Shown one piece after another: positions 1-10,083 of a DNA stretch of 64,000 bases. The translations under genes and the position numbers were made by a program. The stretch comes from Candidatus Pacebacteria bacterium CG_4_10_14_3_um_filter_34_15 (GTDB taxonomy: Bacteria; Patescibacteriota; Microgenomatia; UBA1400; PJMF01): assembly GCA_002783105.1 (NCBI GenBank), contig PFJN01000016.1:15034-79033 (forward strand). The letters run 5' to 3'. Positions within the stretch are counted from its first letter, which is position 1. Each line of letters begins with the position of its first letter. The notes under the pieces are model-generated. The model had not been told where the DNA came from. It searched no databases and was given only the letters and a program-made list of their open reading frames with translations.

Positions 1-418
1 AGAAGATGCGTTTCCTGCAAAAGAAATTTATCAGAAAAGAATTAGAAAAGAGGAATATTTATTAAAAGATTTACCAGAGCCAGAGGTATTTGGTAGTCAA
101 GATCCAGATATTTCATTCGTTGGCTGGGGTAGTGTTAAAAATACCATGTTAGATGTAATGGATATTTTAAATGAGCGCGGGAAAAAGAAAATTGCTTATT
201 TGCATTATGAATATGTTTATCCACTTAAAATTGGAGTTTTCCAAAATTTCGCTAAAAATGCCAAAAAATTGGTTCTGATTGAGAATAATGCGACCGGTCA
301 GTTGGGCAATTTAATTACTTCAAAAACTGGTGTTTTGTTTAAAAATAGACTGATGAAATTTGATGGCAGGCCTTTCTTTTTAGAAGATATTATCGAGTAT
401 ATTGAAAGTGAGGAGTAA
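1..418 (+). CDS. 2-oxoacid:ferredoxin oxidoreductase alpha subunit, C-terminal part (runs off window)
   Basis: Frame open from position 2; FVGWGS, LIENNATGQL and KFDGRPF motifs; beta subunit follows. Confidence 0.9.
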   Translation, partial: EDAFPAKEIYQKRIRKEEYLLKDLPEPEVFGSQDPDISFVGWGSVKNTMLDVMDILNERGKKKIAYLHYEYVYPLKIGVFQNFAKNAKKLVLIENNATGQLGNLITSKTGVLFKNRLMKFDGRPFFLEDIIEYIESEE

Positions 419-419
419 T

Positions 420-1331
420 ATGTCTTGCATTACTTGTAATTCAACTACCACTCCCACAATGAAAGACTTTCAATCAAAGAATATCTTTACATGGTGTACT
501 AACTGTGGAAACTATGGAATTCATACTGCAATAAGGAGAGCATTAGTATCAAAGAAAATTTCAGCTTGTAATACACTTACCTGTTTTGATATTGGTTGTA
601 ATGGTAATGGATCTGACAAAATTGGTGGATATAATTTTCATGGTTTGCATGGAAGGTCAATTCCATTGGCAGTTGGAGCAGAAATGGCTAACAGAAAAAT
701 AACGGTAATTGCTTTTGGTGGTGACGGTGGAACTTTGGGCGAAGGCATAGGACATTTAGTTCATGCAGTTAGAGGAAATTACAACATTACTTTTGTTTTA
801 CATAATAATTTAAATTACGGATTAACCAAGGGACAAGCTTCAGTAACAACAAAAAAGAACATGAAGATGAATTCATCACCTGACGGGACCAACTCTGAAC
901 TCTTACACCCAGCTAGATTTGTCTTGTCTTTAGAATCAACATTTGTAGCTAGAAGTTTTTCAGGTGACGTAAAACACATGAGCAAGGTCTTTGAACAAGC
1001 TTTAGATCATAAAGGTTTTAGTTTTGTAGAAATCTTACAAAGCTGTCCAACCTACAATAAAGAAACTCCTCACGAGTGGTATATGGATCGAGTTTACGAT
1101 GTGGAAACTATTGATGGCTATGATAATTCCAATAGGGAATTAGCACTAAAAACCGCTCAAGACCAAGAGGAAAGAATTGCCATTGGTGTTTTATATCAAG
1201 ACAAAAAAAGCGTGCCACAAATCGATAGACAGCTTAACAGAAATGGAGCGATGGGAACTAAAATTGAGACAGAGCCGTATGAAGAAACAAGACAATACGA
1301 TATTTCAAAATTACTAGAGAAATTTAGATAA
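420..1331 (+). CDS. 2-oxoacid:ferredoxin oxidoreductase beta subunit (TPP-binding)
   Basis: WCTNCG, DIGC, LHGR, GGDG...NN..YGLTKGQAS, CPTYN; AGGAG before ATG 420. Confidence 0.92.
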   Translation: MSCITCNSTTTPTMKDFQSKNIFTWCTNCGNYGIHTAIRRALVSKKISACNTLTCFDIGCNGNGSDKIGGYNFHGLHGRSIPLAVGAEMANRKITVIAFGGDGGTLGEGIGHLVHAVRGNYNITFVLHNNLNYGLTKGQASVTTKKNMKMNSSPDGTNSELLHPARFVLSLESTFVARSFSGDVKHMSKVFEQALDHKGFSFVEILQSCPTYNKETPHEWYMDRVYDVETIDGYDNSNRELALKTAQDQEERIAIGVLYQDKKSVPQIDRQLNRNGAMGTKIETEPYEETRQYDISKLLEKFR

Positions 1332-1348
1332 TAGGTTATTCATAAAAA

Positions 1349-3952
1349 TTATTTTTTCAAATATTGTTTGATATAAATCCATTTGAAAATTTCAATTGAG
1401 GCAATTACCCCAAAGCTAATTGTAAAGACAATTAACCAGTCTGTGAGACTCAAAGCAGTAGTCCCCAATAGATTTTGCAGAGGTTTTAAATGAACTGAAA
1501 AGATAGTTAAAATTATTCCAAATAATGAAGCTATGACAAGCCACATATTTTTAAAAATAGATTCATGCCAAATATTTTTAGTTAACGATCTACAAGAAAA
1601 AACATAAAGAAGTGAATCAATACTAAGAGTTGCAAAAACCATTGTTCTAGCGAGTTCTTCGCCCCTTTGTTGCCAATCAATCCAGAAAATCGCAAGACAA
1701 CTAAGGGCAGTTGTTAAGGAGATAATTATAATGAGAAATAGCATCTCGTTGTCGATAAGTCTTGTTTTTGGAGAAAGTGGTTTCCTTTTCAAGAGATCAT
1801 GGTCCTTGGGATCAATTGTCAGCGCTAAGTTTGGCAGGCCATCATCAATTAAATTTATCCATAAGATTTGTACGGCCGTAATTGCGGCTGGCCAACCCAT
1901 CAGAAGACTAACTAAAACAATTATAATTTCAGAAAATGAGTCGCTAAGTAAATACAAGGCCACTTTTTTTAGGTTTTCAAGCATCGATCTACCTTCTTCC
2001 ACAGAGGCAGTAATTGTTTCCATATTAGAATCTAGTAATATTAAATCAGCAGTCTCTTTAGCAATTTCACTTGCTTCTTCTACAACTATTCCTATATTAG
2101 AAACAGCTAGTGCAGGGGCATCATTAACTCCATCACCCATCATTCCAACGATTTCCCCATTGGCTTGCAAGGCCTTTACAATTCTAAGTTTTTGAGATGG
2201 TTTGGTTCTGGAAAATAAGAGAATTGAGTTAACTCTGCTTTTTAGTTCGTCATCGCTCATTTTTTCTAGTTCTTGTCCTTCGATAATCTGATCACTTTTG
2301 ACATTAAAGCCTATTTTTTCCATCACAGCCAATGCAGTAGTTCTAAAATCTCCAGTGATTACTTTTATATTAATTCCAGCTTCTTGGGTCTTTTTAATAG
2401 AAGCTTTTACTGAAGGCCTAATAGGATCATCAAAGGCCATTAAACCTAGCCAATTTATTATTTTTTTATTAACATCATCTTTTTTAAGTTTTGAAAATAC
2501 TTCTTTTGCTTCATCATCTGATTCGCATTTAATATATGCAAAACCAATCAACCGTCTTCCTTTTTGGGCCCAGTTTTCAATTAGATTTTCATATTCGTTA
2601 ATGATACTTGTGGTGGAATTAGAACGTAATAACATTTCTTCAGGAGCTCCAGAAAGATAAATAAATTCTTTGTGTCTGGTAGCTAGAAATCTTCTTTCAA
2701 CAGAGAAGGGAATAATTTCGTCTCGTTCTTCTTGTAGAACTAATTCTTCAGGGGCAACCAATTTATTTTTTGTTACTCCTATACTATTGTCTTTGGAAAC
2801 TTTTAATGCCCACTGCCATCTAGCGAGTTCAATTGGATCTTTAAGATCATTTGCTAGCGTACTAGCTTTATAAGCAAAAAGTTTGTCGGTTAGTTTAGTT
2901 TCAACTACTCTCATTTTTCCCTCAGTAAGGGTTCCAGTTTTGTCGACACAAACCGTAGTTACGCTTCCTAAGGTTTCTGCAGCGACTAAAGATTTAACTA
3001 AGCCTTTTCTTTTCAGAATTCGGTGCATGCCAATCGCCAAAATTGCAGTTAGCCCTACCACGAGACCTTCTGGAATGGCAGCAACTGCGAGAGCAACGGC
3101 TGTTGTAAACATTTCAATTGGATCTTTTTTCAATACTATTCCAGTTATAAAGATCAATATTGAAAGTAAAATAATTCCAATTGTTATAAACTTTGCAAGT
3201 TGATCGAGTTTTACTTCAAGAGGGGTTTTAACCATTCTATTTTCTACTAAATGTGCAGCTATCTTGCCCATTTCAGTTTTCATTCCTGTCGAGGTGACGA
3301 GAACTTTTCCTGAACCACCGACTACGGTTGTGCCCATATATAAGATATTGATAGTTTTAGAGTTGTTTGTTTTAGTAGCCTGAATGATAAATTCATTGAT
3401 TGTTTCTTCAGAAATATGACTTTTAAATTCTTTTTTTGAGACAGGAACGCTTTCACCAGTTAATAGTGCTTCATTAATTAGCAAATCATTGTCTTCGATA
3501 ATAATTCCATCCGCAGGAACTTTATCACCTTCATAAAGTACTACAATATCACCCGGAACAATCTTAGAAATTTCAATTTTGATTTTCTGGCCAATTTTTT
3601 CAAAATCATTATTTCTAATTACCCAGGCTTCATGTGTGACAACTTTTTTTAAAGCATCTAGAGATTTGTAAGCTTTTCTTTCTTGAATAAAGCCCAAAAT
3701 GGTATTAACAATTATTGCCAAAGATATTACAAAGGCGTCTGAAAAATCACCAACAATAGCAGTAATTATAGTTGCAATTATTAAGACTAAAACTAAAGGA
3801 TTTTGAAATTGTTTAAAAACAAAATATAAATCTGTAGGTGGTTTTTTCCCAACTAATTGATTTGGGCCGAATATATCAAGCTGTTTTTTTGCATATTCGC
3901 TATTTAATCCAGATGATTTTAATTCATTAAGGGAAAAAATAGATTCATTCAT
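1349..3952 (-). CDS. P-type cation-transporting ATPase (type II-like)
   Basis: TGES, PEGL, DKTGTLT, TGD, GDGVNDAPAL motifs. Confidence 0.95.
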   Translation of the reverse strand: MNESIFSLNELKSSGLNSEYAKKQLDIFGPNQLVGKKPPTDLYFVFKQFQNPLVLVLIIATIITAIVGDFSDAFVISLAIIVNTILGFIQERKAYKSLDALKKVVTHEAWVIRNNDFEKIGQKIKIEISKIVPGDIVVLYEGDKVPADGIIIEDNDLLINEALLTGESVPVSKKEFKSHISEETINEFIIQATKTNNSKTINILYMGTTVVGGSGKVLVTSTGMKTEMGKIAAHLVENRMVKTPLEVKLDQLAKFITIGIILLSILIFITGIVLKKDPIEMFTTAVALAVAAIPEGLVVGLTAILAIGMHRILKRKGLVKSLVAAETLGSVTTVCVDKTGTLTEGKMRVVETKLTDKLFAYKASTLANDLKDPIELARWQWALKVSKDNSIGVTKNKLVAPEELVLQEERDEIIPFSVERRFLATRHKEFIYLSGAPEEMLLRSNSTTSIINEYENLIENWAQKGRRLIGFAYIKCESDDEAKEVFSKLKKDDVNKKIINWLGLMAFDDPIRPSVKASIKKTQEAGINIKVITGDFRTTALAVMEKIGFNVKSDQIIEGQELEKMSDDELKSRVNSILLFSRTKPSQKLRIVKALQANGEIVGMMGDGVNDAPALAVSNIGIVVEEASEIAKETADLILLDSNMETITASVEEGRSMLENLKKVALYLLSDSFSEIIIVLVSLLMGWPAAITAVQILWINLIDDGLPNLALTIDPKDHDLLKRKPLSPKTRLIDNEMLFLIIIISLTTALSCLAIFWIDWQQRGEELARTMVFATLSIDSLLYVFSCRSLTKNIWHESIFKNMWLVIASLFGIILTIFSVHLKPLQNLLGTTALSLTDWLIVFTISFGVIASIEIFKWIYIKQYLKK

Positions 3953-4065
3953 CTTTTAATCTTATTATTTATTGATCTGATGTGCAATAGACCCATGTAC
4001 AAGATTCACGTACCTTTGTTAAAAACAATGTCTTTTGTTATAGTAGATTATTAGGAAAATTGATT

Positions 4066-4929
4066 ATGCCAGATAAATTTACAGCTACTTGGGTTTCTCA
4101 TTCATCAATTGGAGACTTTTTAAAATGTTCCAGATCTTATTATTTAAAAAATATCTATAAAGATCCAAATACTGGAAATAAACTACAACTTACTTCAGCA
4201 CCACTATCTTTGGGATCTGCAGTTCATGAAGTTATTGAAGCTTTATCTGCAATTCCAACTAAAGATCGTTTTAAGGATTCTCTTCTAGAAAAATTTGATA
4301 ATGCATGGAAAAAATATTCAGGCAAAATAGGTGGTTTTATAAGTGAAGCGCAGGAAGAAGAATTTAAAAAGGAAGGTCAAAAAATGATCAGGAAAATCAT
4401 TCAAAACCCCGGTCCTTTAAAGACTCTTTCAGTTAAAATCAAAGAGGATCTGCCATATTATTGGTTATCAGATGAAGACAATATAATTTTATGTGGCAAG
4501 ATTGATTGGCTTGAGTACTTACCAGCTACTGATGGAGTTCATGTCATTGATTTTAAAACTTCAAAAAAAGAAGAAGATGAAAACTCTCTTCAACTTCCCA
4601 TTTATCATCTTTTAGTTAAGAATACTCAAAATAGAAAAGTCGAAAAAGTAAGTTATTGGTATCTTCGATTGAGTGATAAATTACAAGAACAACCATTGCC
4701 AAATTTGGAAGAAGCTCATGAGAAAATTTTGGCAATTGCAAAGAAAATGAAAACTGCGCGTAAACTCAATGTTTTTAAATGTCCTGAAGGAGAGAATGGT
4801 TGCTTTGCATGCAAGCCTATAGAGTCAGTAATACGTGGGGAAGCAGAATTTGTTGGTGTTGGTGGTTACAAAAGAGACGTCTACATTTTGAATTCCCAAG
4901 AAGTTGATAATAGTAGTACTATTTTATAG
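4066..4929 (+). CDS. PD-(D/E)XK nuclease family protein (AddB/Cas4-like)
   Basis: SHSSI..F..C, GKIDW, IDFKT, QL.IY, C-terminal C-x6-C-x2-C. Confidence 0.85.
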   Translation: MPDKFTATWVSHSSIGDFLKCSRSYYLKNIYKDPNTGNKLQLTSAPLSLGSAVHEVIEALSAIPTKDRFKDSLLEKFDNAWKKYSGKIGGFISEAQEEEFKKEGQKMIRKIIQNPGPLKTLSVKIKEDLPYYWLSDEDNIILCGKIDWLEYLPATDGVHVIDFKTSKKEEDENSLQLPIYHLLVKNTQNRKVEKVSYWYLRLSDKLQEQPLPNLEEAHEKILAIAKKMKTARKLNVFKCPEGENGCFACKPIESVIRGEAEFVGVGGYKRDVYILNSQEVDNSSTIL

Positions 4930-4965
4930 TTTTTTTGTATGCTGGTTTTGCGGTATACTTATTCC

Positions 4966-5247
4966 ATGAAAGAAAGTATCAGTGATTTACAGACTAGTAT
5001 TAATGAATTAGAGAAATCAGTCTCATTTTTGGGGGAACAAATTAGAAAGCAAAATTCATATAGAAGAAATGTTAGTTTATCTGTAGTACGTGGATTTAGC
5101 ACAGCGGTGGGAGCCACAGTTATTTTTGGTGTTATTTTGGCTTTGCTAGTTAAAACTATTAGTTCAATTGATTATGTTCCAATAATCAACAATTTAATGA
5201 GTTCAGAGGCTATTGAAAGTTTTATTGCTAAGTTTACGCAACCGTAA
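4966..5247 (+). CDS. small membrane protein, DUF5665-like
   Basis: Coiled N-terminus, then RG.STAVGATVIFG hydrophobic segment; TATACT 6 nt before ATG 4966. Confidence 0.6.
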   Translation: MKESISDLQTSINELEKSVSFLGEQIRKQNSYRRNVSLSVVRGFSTAVGATVIFGVILALLVKTISSIDYVPIINNLMSSEAIESFIAKFTQP

Positions 5248-5272
5248 TTTGTTATAGTAATAAGTAGTAATT

Positions 5273-6040
5273 ATGTCCCAAAATTTAAAATTTACTACAG
5301 CAATTAGTGGCAATACTTCTCAGGGTTTAGTTTTAAGAAATCAAAAGTTGGAGGGCTTAATCAAAGAAGCTGATTTTGTAAGCACATTTTTTCTTTCTTT
5401 AGTTGGCCGAAAGCCAAAAGATGCAGAAAAAACAATTTTGAACGCTATTCTAGTTTCTGCGATCGATCACGGAATTAATCCTGCAAGTGGATTTGTACCT
5501 CGCGTAGTAGCTTCTTCTGGGGGAGATGTTCTTTCAGCCATGGCTGCTTCATTGTTAGCAATAGGGCCATATCACGGTGGAGCTATTTCGGCTGCTATGA
5601 ATATTTTTAAAACTATCAATGAAGAAGGTTCTGACATCGAAAAAGCTTGCAATAATTTAGTTGATTCATATAGTGTTGATAAAAAAAGAATTCCAGGATT
5701 TGGTCATCCGGTTTATAAAGATTTCGATCCTAGAGCAAAAGAATTATTTGATTTAGCAAGAAAAAATGACATGGATATTCAGTTTATGAATATCGCCAAA
5801 CAACTCGAACATTCATTGGATGACAAGCTGAGTTACAAAATAAAGAAAAAATTAATTTTGAACATTGATGGAGCAATTGCTGCCTTGCTATTGACCATAG
5901 GAATTGACTCAATGGCTGGTAATGCTATTTTTGGTTTGGCAAGAGTAGCGGGGAGTATTGCTCACATTGTTGAAGAGCAAAAATCTGATAAAGGTGTCAG
6001 GCGTCTTACAGATGAAGATGTGGAGTATATATCAACATAA
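5273..6040 (+). CDS. short citrate synthase / citryl-CoA lyase family protein
   Basis: DHG, HGGA, IPGFGHPVYK..DPR, LNIDG motifs; 255 aa. Confidence 0.88.
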   Translation: MSQNLKFTTAISGNTSQGLVLRNQKLEGLIKEADFVSTFFLSLVGRKPKDAEKTILNAILVSAIDHGINPASGFVPRVVASSGGDVLSAMAASLLAIGPYHGGAISAAMNIFKTINEEGSDIEKACNNLVDSYSVDKKRIPGFGHPVYKDFDPRAKELFDLARKNDMDIQFMNIAKQLEHSLDDKLSYKIKKKLILNIDGAIAALLLTIGIDSMAGNAIFGLARVAGSIAHIVEEQKSDKGVRRLTDEDVEYIST

Positions 6041-6091
6041 AATAGTGTTATTATTTTGTTTTGAAATAAGTAGGTAAATTGGAGAAAACTA

Positions 6092-6769
6092 ATGAACGTA
6101 ATCACATATTTAATCAGTTTTATTTTGCATTTAGATCAACATTTAGCTGAAATAATTTCAGCCTATGGATCACTAACTTATCTGATTTTCTTTTTAATTG
6201 TTTTTGCAGAAACCGGCTTGGTAGTATTTCCTTTTTTACCAGGTGATTCATTATTATTTGCAGCCGGGACATTTGCGGCTCTTGGTTCTTTAAATTTTAT
6301 AGCTACATTTTTAATTTTGTTTATTGCTGCAGTTCTTGGAGATTCAGTAAATTATTGGATTGGAAATATCTTTGGGAAAAAAATTGTTGATAATCCTAAA
6401 ATTACTTTTATTAATCAAGAGCACATTGATAAAACAGAAGCATTCTATAAAAAATACGGTGCTAAAACAATTATTTTAGCTAGATTTGTACCAATTGTCC
6501 GTACCTTTGCTCCATTTGTTGCTGGAGTTGGTAAAATGAATTATCAGCATTTCTTTGTATATAATGTTCTAGGAGGTTTCGCTTGGGTGACACTATTCAT
6601 GACACTTGGATACTTCTTTGGAAATGTTGAAATCGTCAAAGAACACTTTTCAGTTGCAATACTAGCAATTATTGGTATATCAGTTATTCCAATGGTCGTA
6701 GAATACATTAAGCAGAAAAATACTCCATCTACTCTAATTAAAGTTCTAGAAAAAGTTGTTAATAAATAA
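6092..6769 (+). CDS. dedA: DedA family membrane protein
   Basis: FAETGL..FPFLPGDSLLF, ARFVPIVRTFAPFVAG. Confidence 0.95.
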   Translation: MNVITYLISFILHLDQHLAEIISAYGSLTYLIFFLIVFAETGLVVFPFLPGDSLLFAAGTFAALGSLNFIATFLILFIAAVLGDSVNYWIGNIFGKKIVDNPKITFINQEHIDKTEAFYKKYGAKTIILARFVPIVRTFAPFVAGVGKMNYQHFFVYNVLGGFAWVTLFMTLGYFFGNVEIVKEHFSVAILAIIGISVIPMVVEYIKQKNTPSTLIKVLEKVVNK

Positions 6770-6777
6770 CAAATTTT

Positions 6778-7356
6778 ATGGAATATCCAAAATCATCTCA
6801 GCCAATGCCCAAAACTGCAAAGCAAGTTTTTAAGGGAAAAATTTTTGAAGTTTGGCAGTGGCAGCAAACCATGTTTGATGGCTCAGTTAAAACTTTTGAA
6901 AAAGCAAAAAGAAATTCCTCAGTTGGAATTTTTCCAGTTACAGCAGATGGAAAAATTATTGTCACATCACAAGCACAGCCTTTAATGAAGCCATTTATTA
7001 GTTTAATAGGTGGTGTTGTTGATGAGGGTGAGTCTCCATTAAAGGCCGCTGAGCGAGAACTCATGGAAGAAGCAGGCTTTCAAGCAAAAAGTTTAGATCT
7101 TTGGTTTTCTGTTCAACCAGTCACAAAAATTGAGTGGCCAATATTTATATATATTGCAACAGGTTGTAAAAAAGTTGCCGAGCAAACTTTGGACTCTGGT
7201 GAAAAAATTAAATTAAAGTATGTCGATTGGGATGAATTTCTCGAAATAGTTGTTCAGGATGATTTTAGAGATTATGAAATTGCTTTGAGGTTTTTAAAAG
7301 CGATGCAGAGAGAAGGCGAGTTAGAAAAAATTAAGCAGCTTATTTTTTCGCAATAG
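6778..7356 (+). CDS. NUDIX hydrolase (ADP-ribose pyrophosphatase-like)
   Basis: Nudix box GGVVDEGESPLKAAERELMEEAG. Confidence 0.9.
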   Translation: MEYPKSSQPMPKTAKQVFKGKIFEVWQWQQTMFDGSVKTFEKAKRNSSVGIFPVTADGKIIVTSQAQPLMKPFISLIGGVVDEGESPLKAAERELMEEAGFQAKSLDLWFSVQPVTKIEWPIFIYIATGCKKVAEQTLDSGEKIKLKYVDWDEFLEIVVQDDFRDYEIALRFLKAMQREGELEKIKQLIFSQ

Positions 7357-8323
7357 CTTCTATAGCTAATTTTATTTCATTTTCATGTGTATGTGCCAAA
7401 AAGCCAATAAAAATTAAAATATTTTCTGCTATTGAGCCAATCCCAGGAGTATTTTCTTGATTTTTTAGCAACACAAAATCAGTTCTTTTTCCTACGGAGT
7501 TCATTAAATAAAATTTATCATCGGTTAGTTTGACAAACCCCTTAATTCTAAAGATATTTTTTGGAGTTTCATTAATCGTTTTTTCTAATTCATCTTTGTT
7601 AAATTTCCCAAGTGGCTTGAGATTAAAGGTTTGAATTTGATCTTCTTGAATGTGGTCTGTGTTTGGTTGACCAGCATTTGGATTTTCAACTTCTGCTAGC
7701 AAAGTGGGCAAATCTTTTGAGTTAAGGCCAAAAACAAGTTTTGATGAGATTTTTCCGTTCGGTGCCTCAATAATTGGTGAGTGAGCATTCAGTTCACGAA
7801 CATAACCAACCACTGCTTTTTTTTTGGCAATATCGACTAGCTCAATTTTATTAAAAATTATTAAATCGGTAAATTTGGTTTGGTTTTGGGCGGTGACGCT
7901 AAGATCTTTGTAGCCTTCAAAATTTACTACATCAATTATTCCAATTACTCCATCACGAGCTAAATTTGGATGCAAAGAAATCATCAGAGCAAGTGCTGAG
8001 GGATCGGCGGCTCCAGAAGCTTCAATAATTATTTTGTCTGGTGAAAAAGTTTCGACAATTTCGTTAATTGAGCTAATGAACGGTCCAACTAAAGTGCAAC
8101 ATATACAACCATTTAAAAGCTCTTTGGTTTTTATGCCCTTACCTTCTAAAACTTTGCCGTCTATGTCAGTATCACCAATTTCATTTTTAATATAAATGAC
8201 TTGCTGGTTATTTGCTTGGAGTTCATCTATCAAATTTGAAATAATTGTTGTTTTTCCAGATCCTAAAAAACCTGAAAAGACAGTGGTGGGGATTTTGTTT
8301 TTTTGTATTTTTAGTTCATTCAT
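7340..8323 (-). CDS. COG0523/CobW-family GTPase metallochaperone
   Basis: GFLGSGKTT, GCICC, IEASG, NKIE, RIKGF. Confidence 0.9.
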   Translation of the reverse strand: MNELKIQKNKIPTTVFSGFLGSGKTTIISNLIDELQANNQQVIYIKNEIGDTDIDGKVLEGKGIKTKELLNGCICCTLVGPFISSINEIVETFSPDKIIIEASGAADPSALALMISLHPNLARDGVIGIIDVVNFEGYKDLSVTAQNQTKFTDLIIFNKIELVDIAKKKAVVGYVRELNAHSPIIEAPNGKISSKLVFGLNSKDLPTLLAEVENPNAGQPNTDHIQEDQIQTFNLKPLGKFNKDELEKTINETPKNIFRIKGFVKLTDDKFYLMNSVGKRTDFVLLKNQENTPGIGSIAENILIFIGFLAHTHENEIKLAIEAIAKK

Positions 8324-8338
8324 AAATTGAGTTTTGAG

Positions 8339-9145
8339 TTATAAACATTCTAGATTTTTATGAGAAAGTATTCCAAAATTAACTCCACTGGCGCTTGATT
8401 CGATAATTTTAACTTTCCATTTATTCTCAAATTCTTTCATTTTCTTTTGGGTGTGAGTGATGTCTAACTCTAGTAAGATTTCACCATTTTTTGAAAGTTG
8501 CTCTTCAGCTTGTTTCAAAAGTTTTCTAACTAAGTCTAATCCATCTGGTCCGCCATCCAATGCTAAGTGAGGTTCAAAATCTTTTACTGAATTGTCTAGA
8601 ATTTTTATTCTAGCCGATGGAATATATGGAAGATTGGCAATAATTAAATCAATACTGTTATCAGGATTGCCAAGTTTGTCAAGGTTTACACGATCATTAA
8701 GTTCAGCTAATAGATCAGATTTAATGAAACTTATTGGAAGTTTTGGATTAATATTCTGTAAGTTTATTCTAGCTATTTCTAGTGCGTCGAGTGAAATATC
8801 TAGGCCAGTAATTTGAAAGGCTATTCCTAATTTACTAAATTTTTTAGCTACACTAATTGCGATAGCTCCAGAGCCAGTGCCTACATCAACAATTTGGAGA
8901 ATTTGATTATGATTATTCTTTTTGCCAAGAATTTCAGATTTATTAACAGCCAATTCAACTAACTCTTCAGTTTCAATTCTAGGAATAAGTACGCTGGGAG
9001 ATACTAATAAATCTAATCCGAGAAACTCAACATGGCCTGTTATATATTCTACAGGTGCGTCCGTGTTCAGCAATTCTTCAAGATTTATTCCATATTTCAG
9101 CATTTGATTTTTTTCGTACGGAGTGAGTATTCTTTTATTAAGCAT
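8339..9145 (-). CDS. prmC: release factor glutamine methyltransferase (HemK/PrmC)
   Basis: PVEYITG, VLIPR.ETEEL, DVGTGSGAI, NLPYI, EP.LAL.GG.DGL. Confidence 0.9.
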   Translation of the reverse strand: MLNKRILTPYEKNQMLKYGINLEELLNTDAPVEYITGHVEFLGLDLLVSPSVLIPRIETEELVELAVNKSEILGKKNNHNQILQIVDVGTGSGAIAISVAKKFSKLGIAFQITGLDISLDALEIARINLQNINPKLPISFIKSDLLAELNDRVNLDKLGNPDNSIDLIIANLPYIPSARIKILDNSVKDFEPHLALDGGPDGLDLVRKLLKQAEEQLSKNGEILLELDITHTQKKMKEFENKWKVKIIESSASGVNFGILSHKNLECL

Positions 9146-9277
9146 GAATTCTTTAATTTAGAGTCTAAACTACTACATTTAATAGTACTTGTATTTTTTG
9201 TTATTTTGTACGAAGATAAAAAAGCATCTCAAAGTTGCAAATTTATTATTCATTATAACAATAGAAAGATATAACAA

Positions 9278-10069
9278 ATGTCGAAAAATGATTCAAGCTC
9301 TCAAAATTCATTTTCTTTTTCAAGTTTCACAAACTTTTTCTCAGAAAATTTTGTTCTAGTAATTATGACTCTAGCTTTTCTGCTGGGAGGATTCTTTTTA
9401 GGATCCATCTGGACAGAAAATAGAATGTTAAAAGGTGCTGGCGGATCAGGATCGGGATCTCCATCAGCTCCAGCAGCAGCTGCACCAGCGGCTGATGCAC
9501 GAGATTTAACTATTCCTGGGTTAGTTAGCAAGGGTAAAAAGCTAGGCGTGAAAGAAGCTGACCTTCAAAAATGTATTGATAGCGGAGAAATGGCAGAAAG
9601 AGTTAGTGCTGATGCAGCAGGCGGTGCAGCCGGTGGAATCACAGGAACTCCTGGAACAGTTATTGTTGTAAATGGTGTCCCAGCAGAATTAATTCCTGGA
9701 GCTTTGCCATACGAACAAGTCAAACCAATGCTAGATTATTATGTAAATGGAGGTGTTATTGATCCTGTTAAAAGTGGTCCAGTCGCTGGACTTCCAGCTG
9801 TAACAGATGCCGATCATTACAGAGGTATAGCTGGTGCCAAAATAGTCTTAGTTGAATATTCAGATTACGAATGCCCATTCTGTGAGCGATTTCACCCAAC
9901 CATGACAACCGTTATGAAAGATTACGGAAATGATGTTGCTTGGGTACTGCGAAACTTCCCACTATCATTCCACCCAGCTGCACAAAAAGCTGCTGAAGCT
10001 GCAGAGTGTGTAGCCAAATTAAAAGGCAATGATGTCTTTTGGGATTATTCTGACGCATTATTCAACTAA
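9278..10069 (+). CDS. membrane-anchored DsbA/BdbD-like thiol-disulfide oxidoreductase, circularly permuted
   Basis: N-terminal TM; GTP cis-Pro motif at aa 123-125 precedes [10 protein letters not shown] at aa 193-202. Confidence 0.88.
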   Translation: MSKNDSSSQNSFSFSSFTNFFSENFVLVIMTLAFLLGGFFLGSIWTENRMLKGAGGSGSGSPSAPAAAAPAADARDLTIPGLVSKGKKLGVKEADLQKCIDSGEMAERVSADAAGGAAGGITGTPGTVIVVNGVPAELIPGALPYEQVKPMLDYYVNGGVIDPVKSGPVAGLPAVTDADHYRGIAGAKIVLVEYSDYECPFCERFHPTMTTVMKDYGNDVAWVLRNFPLSFHPAAQKAAEAAECVAKLKGNDVFWDYSDALFN

Positions 10070-10083
10070 GAATTAGGAGAGAT

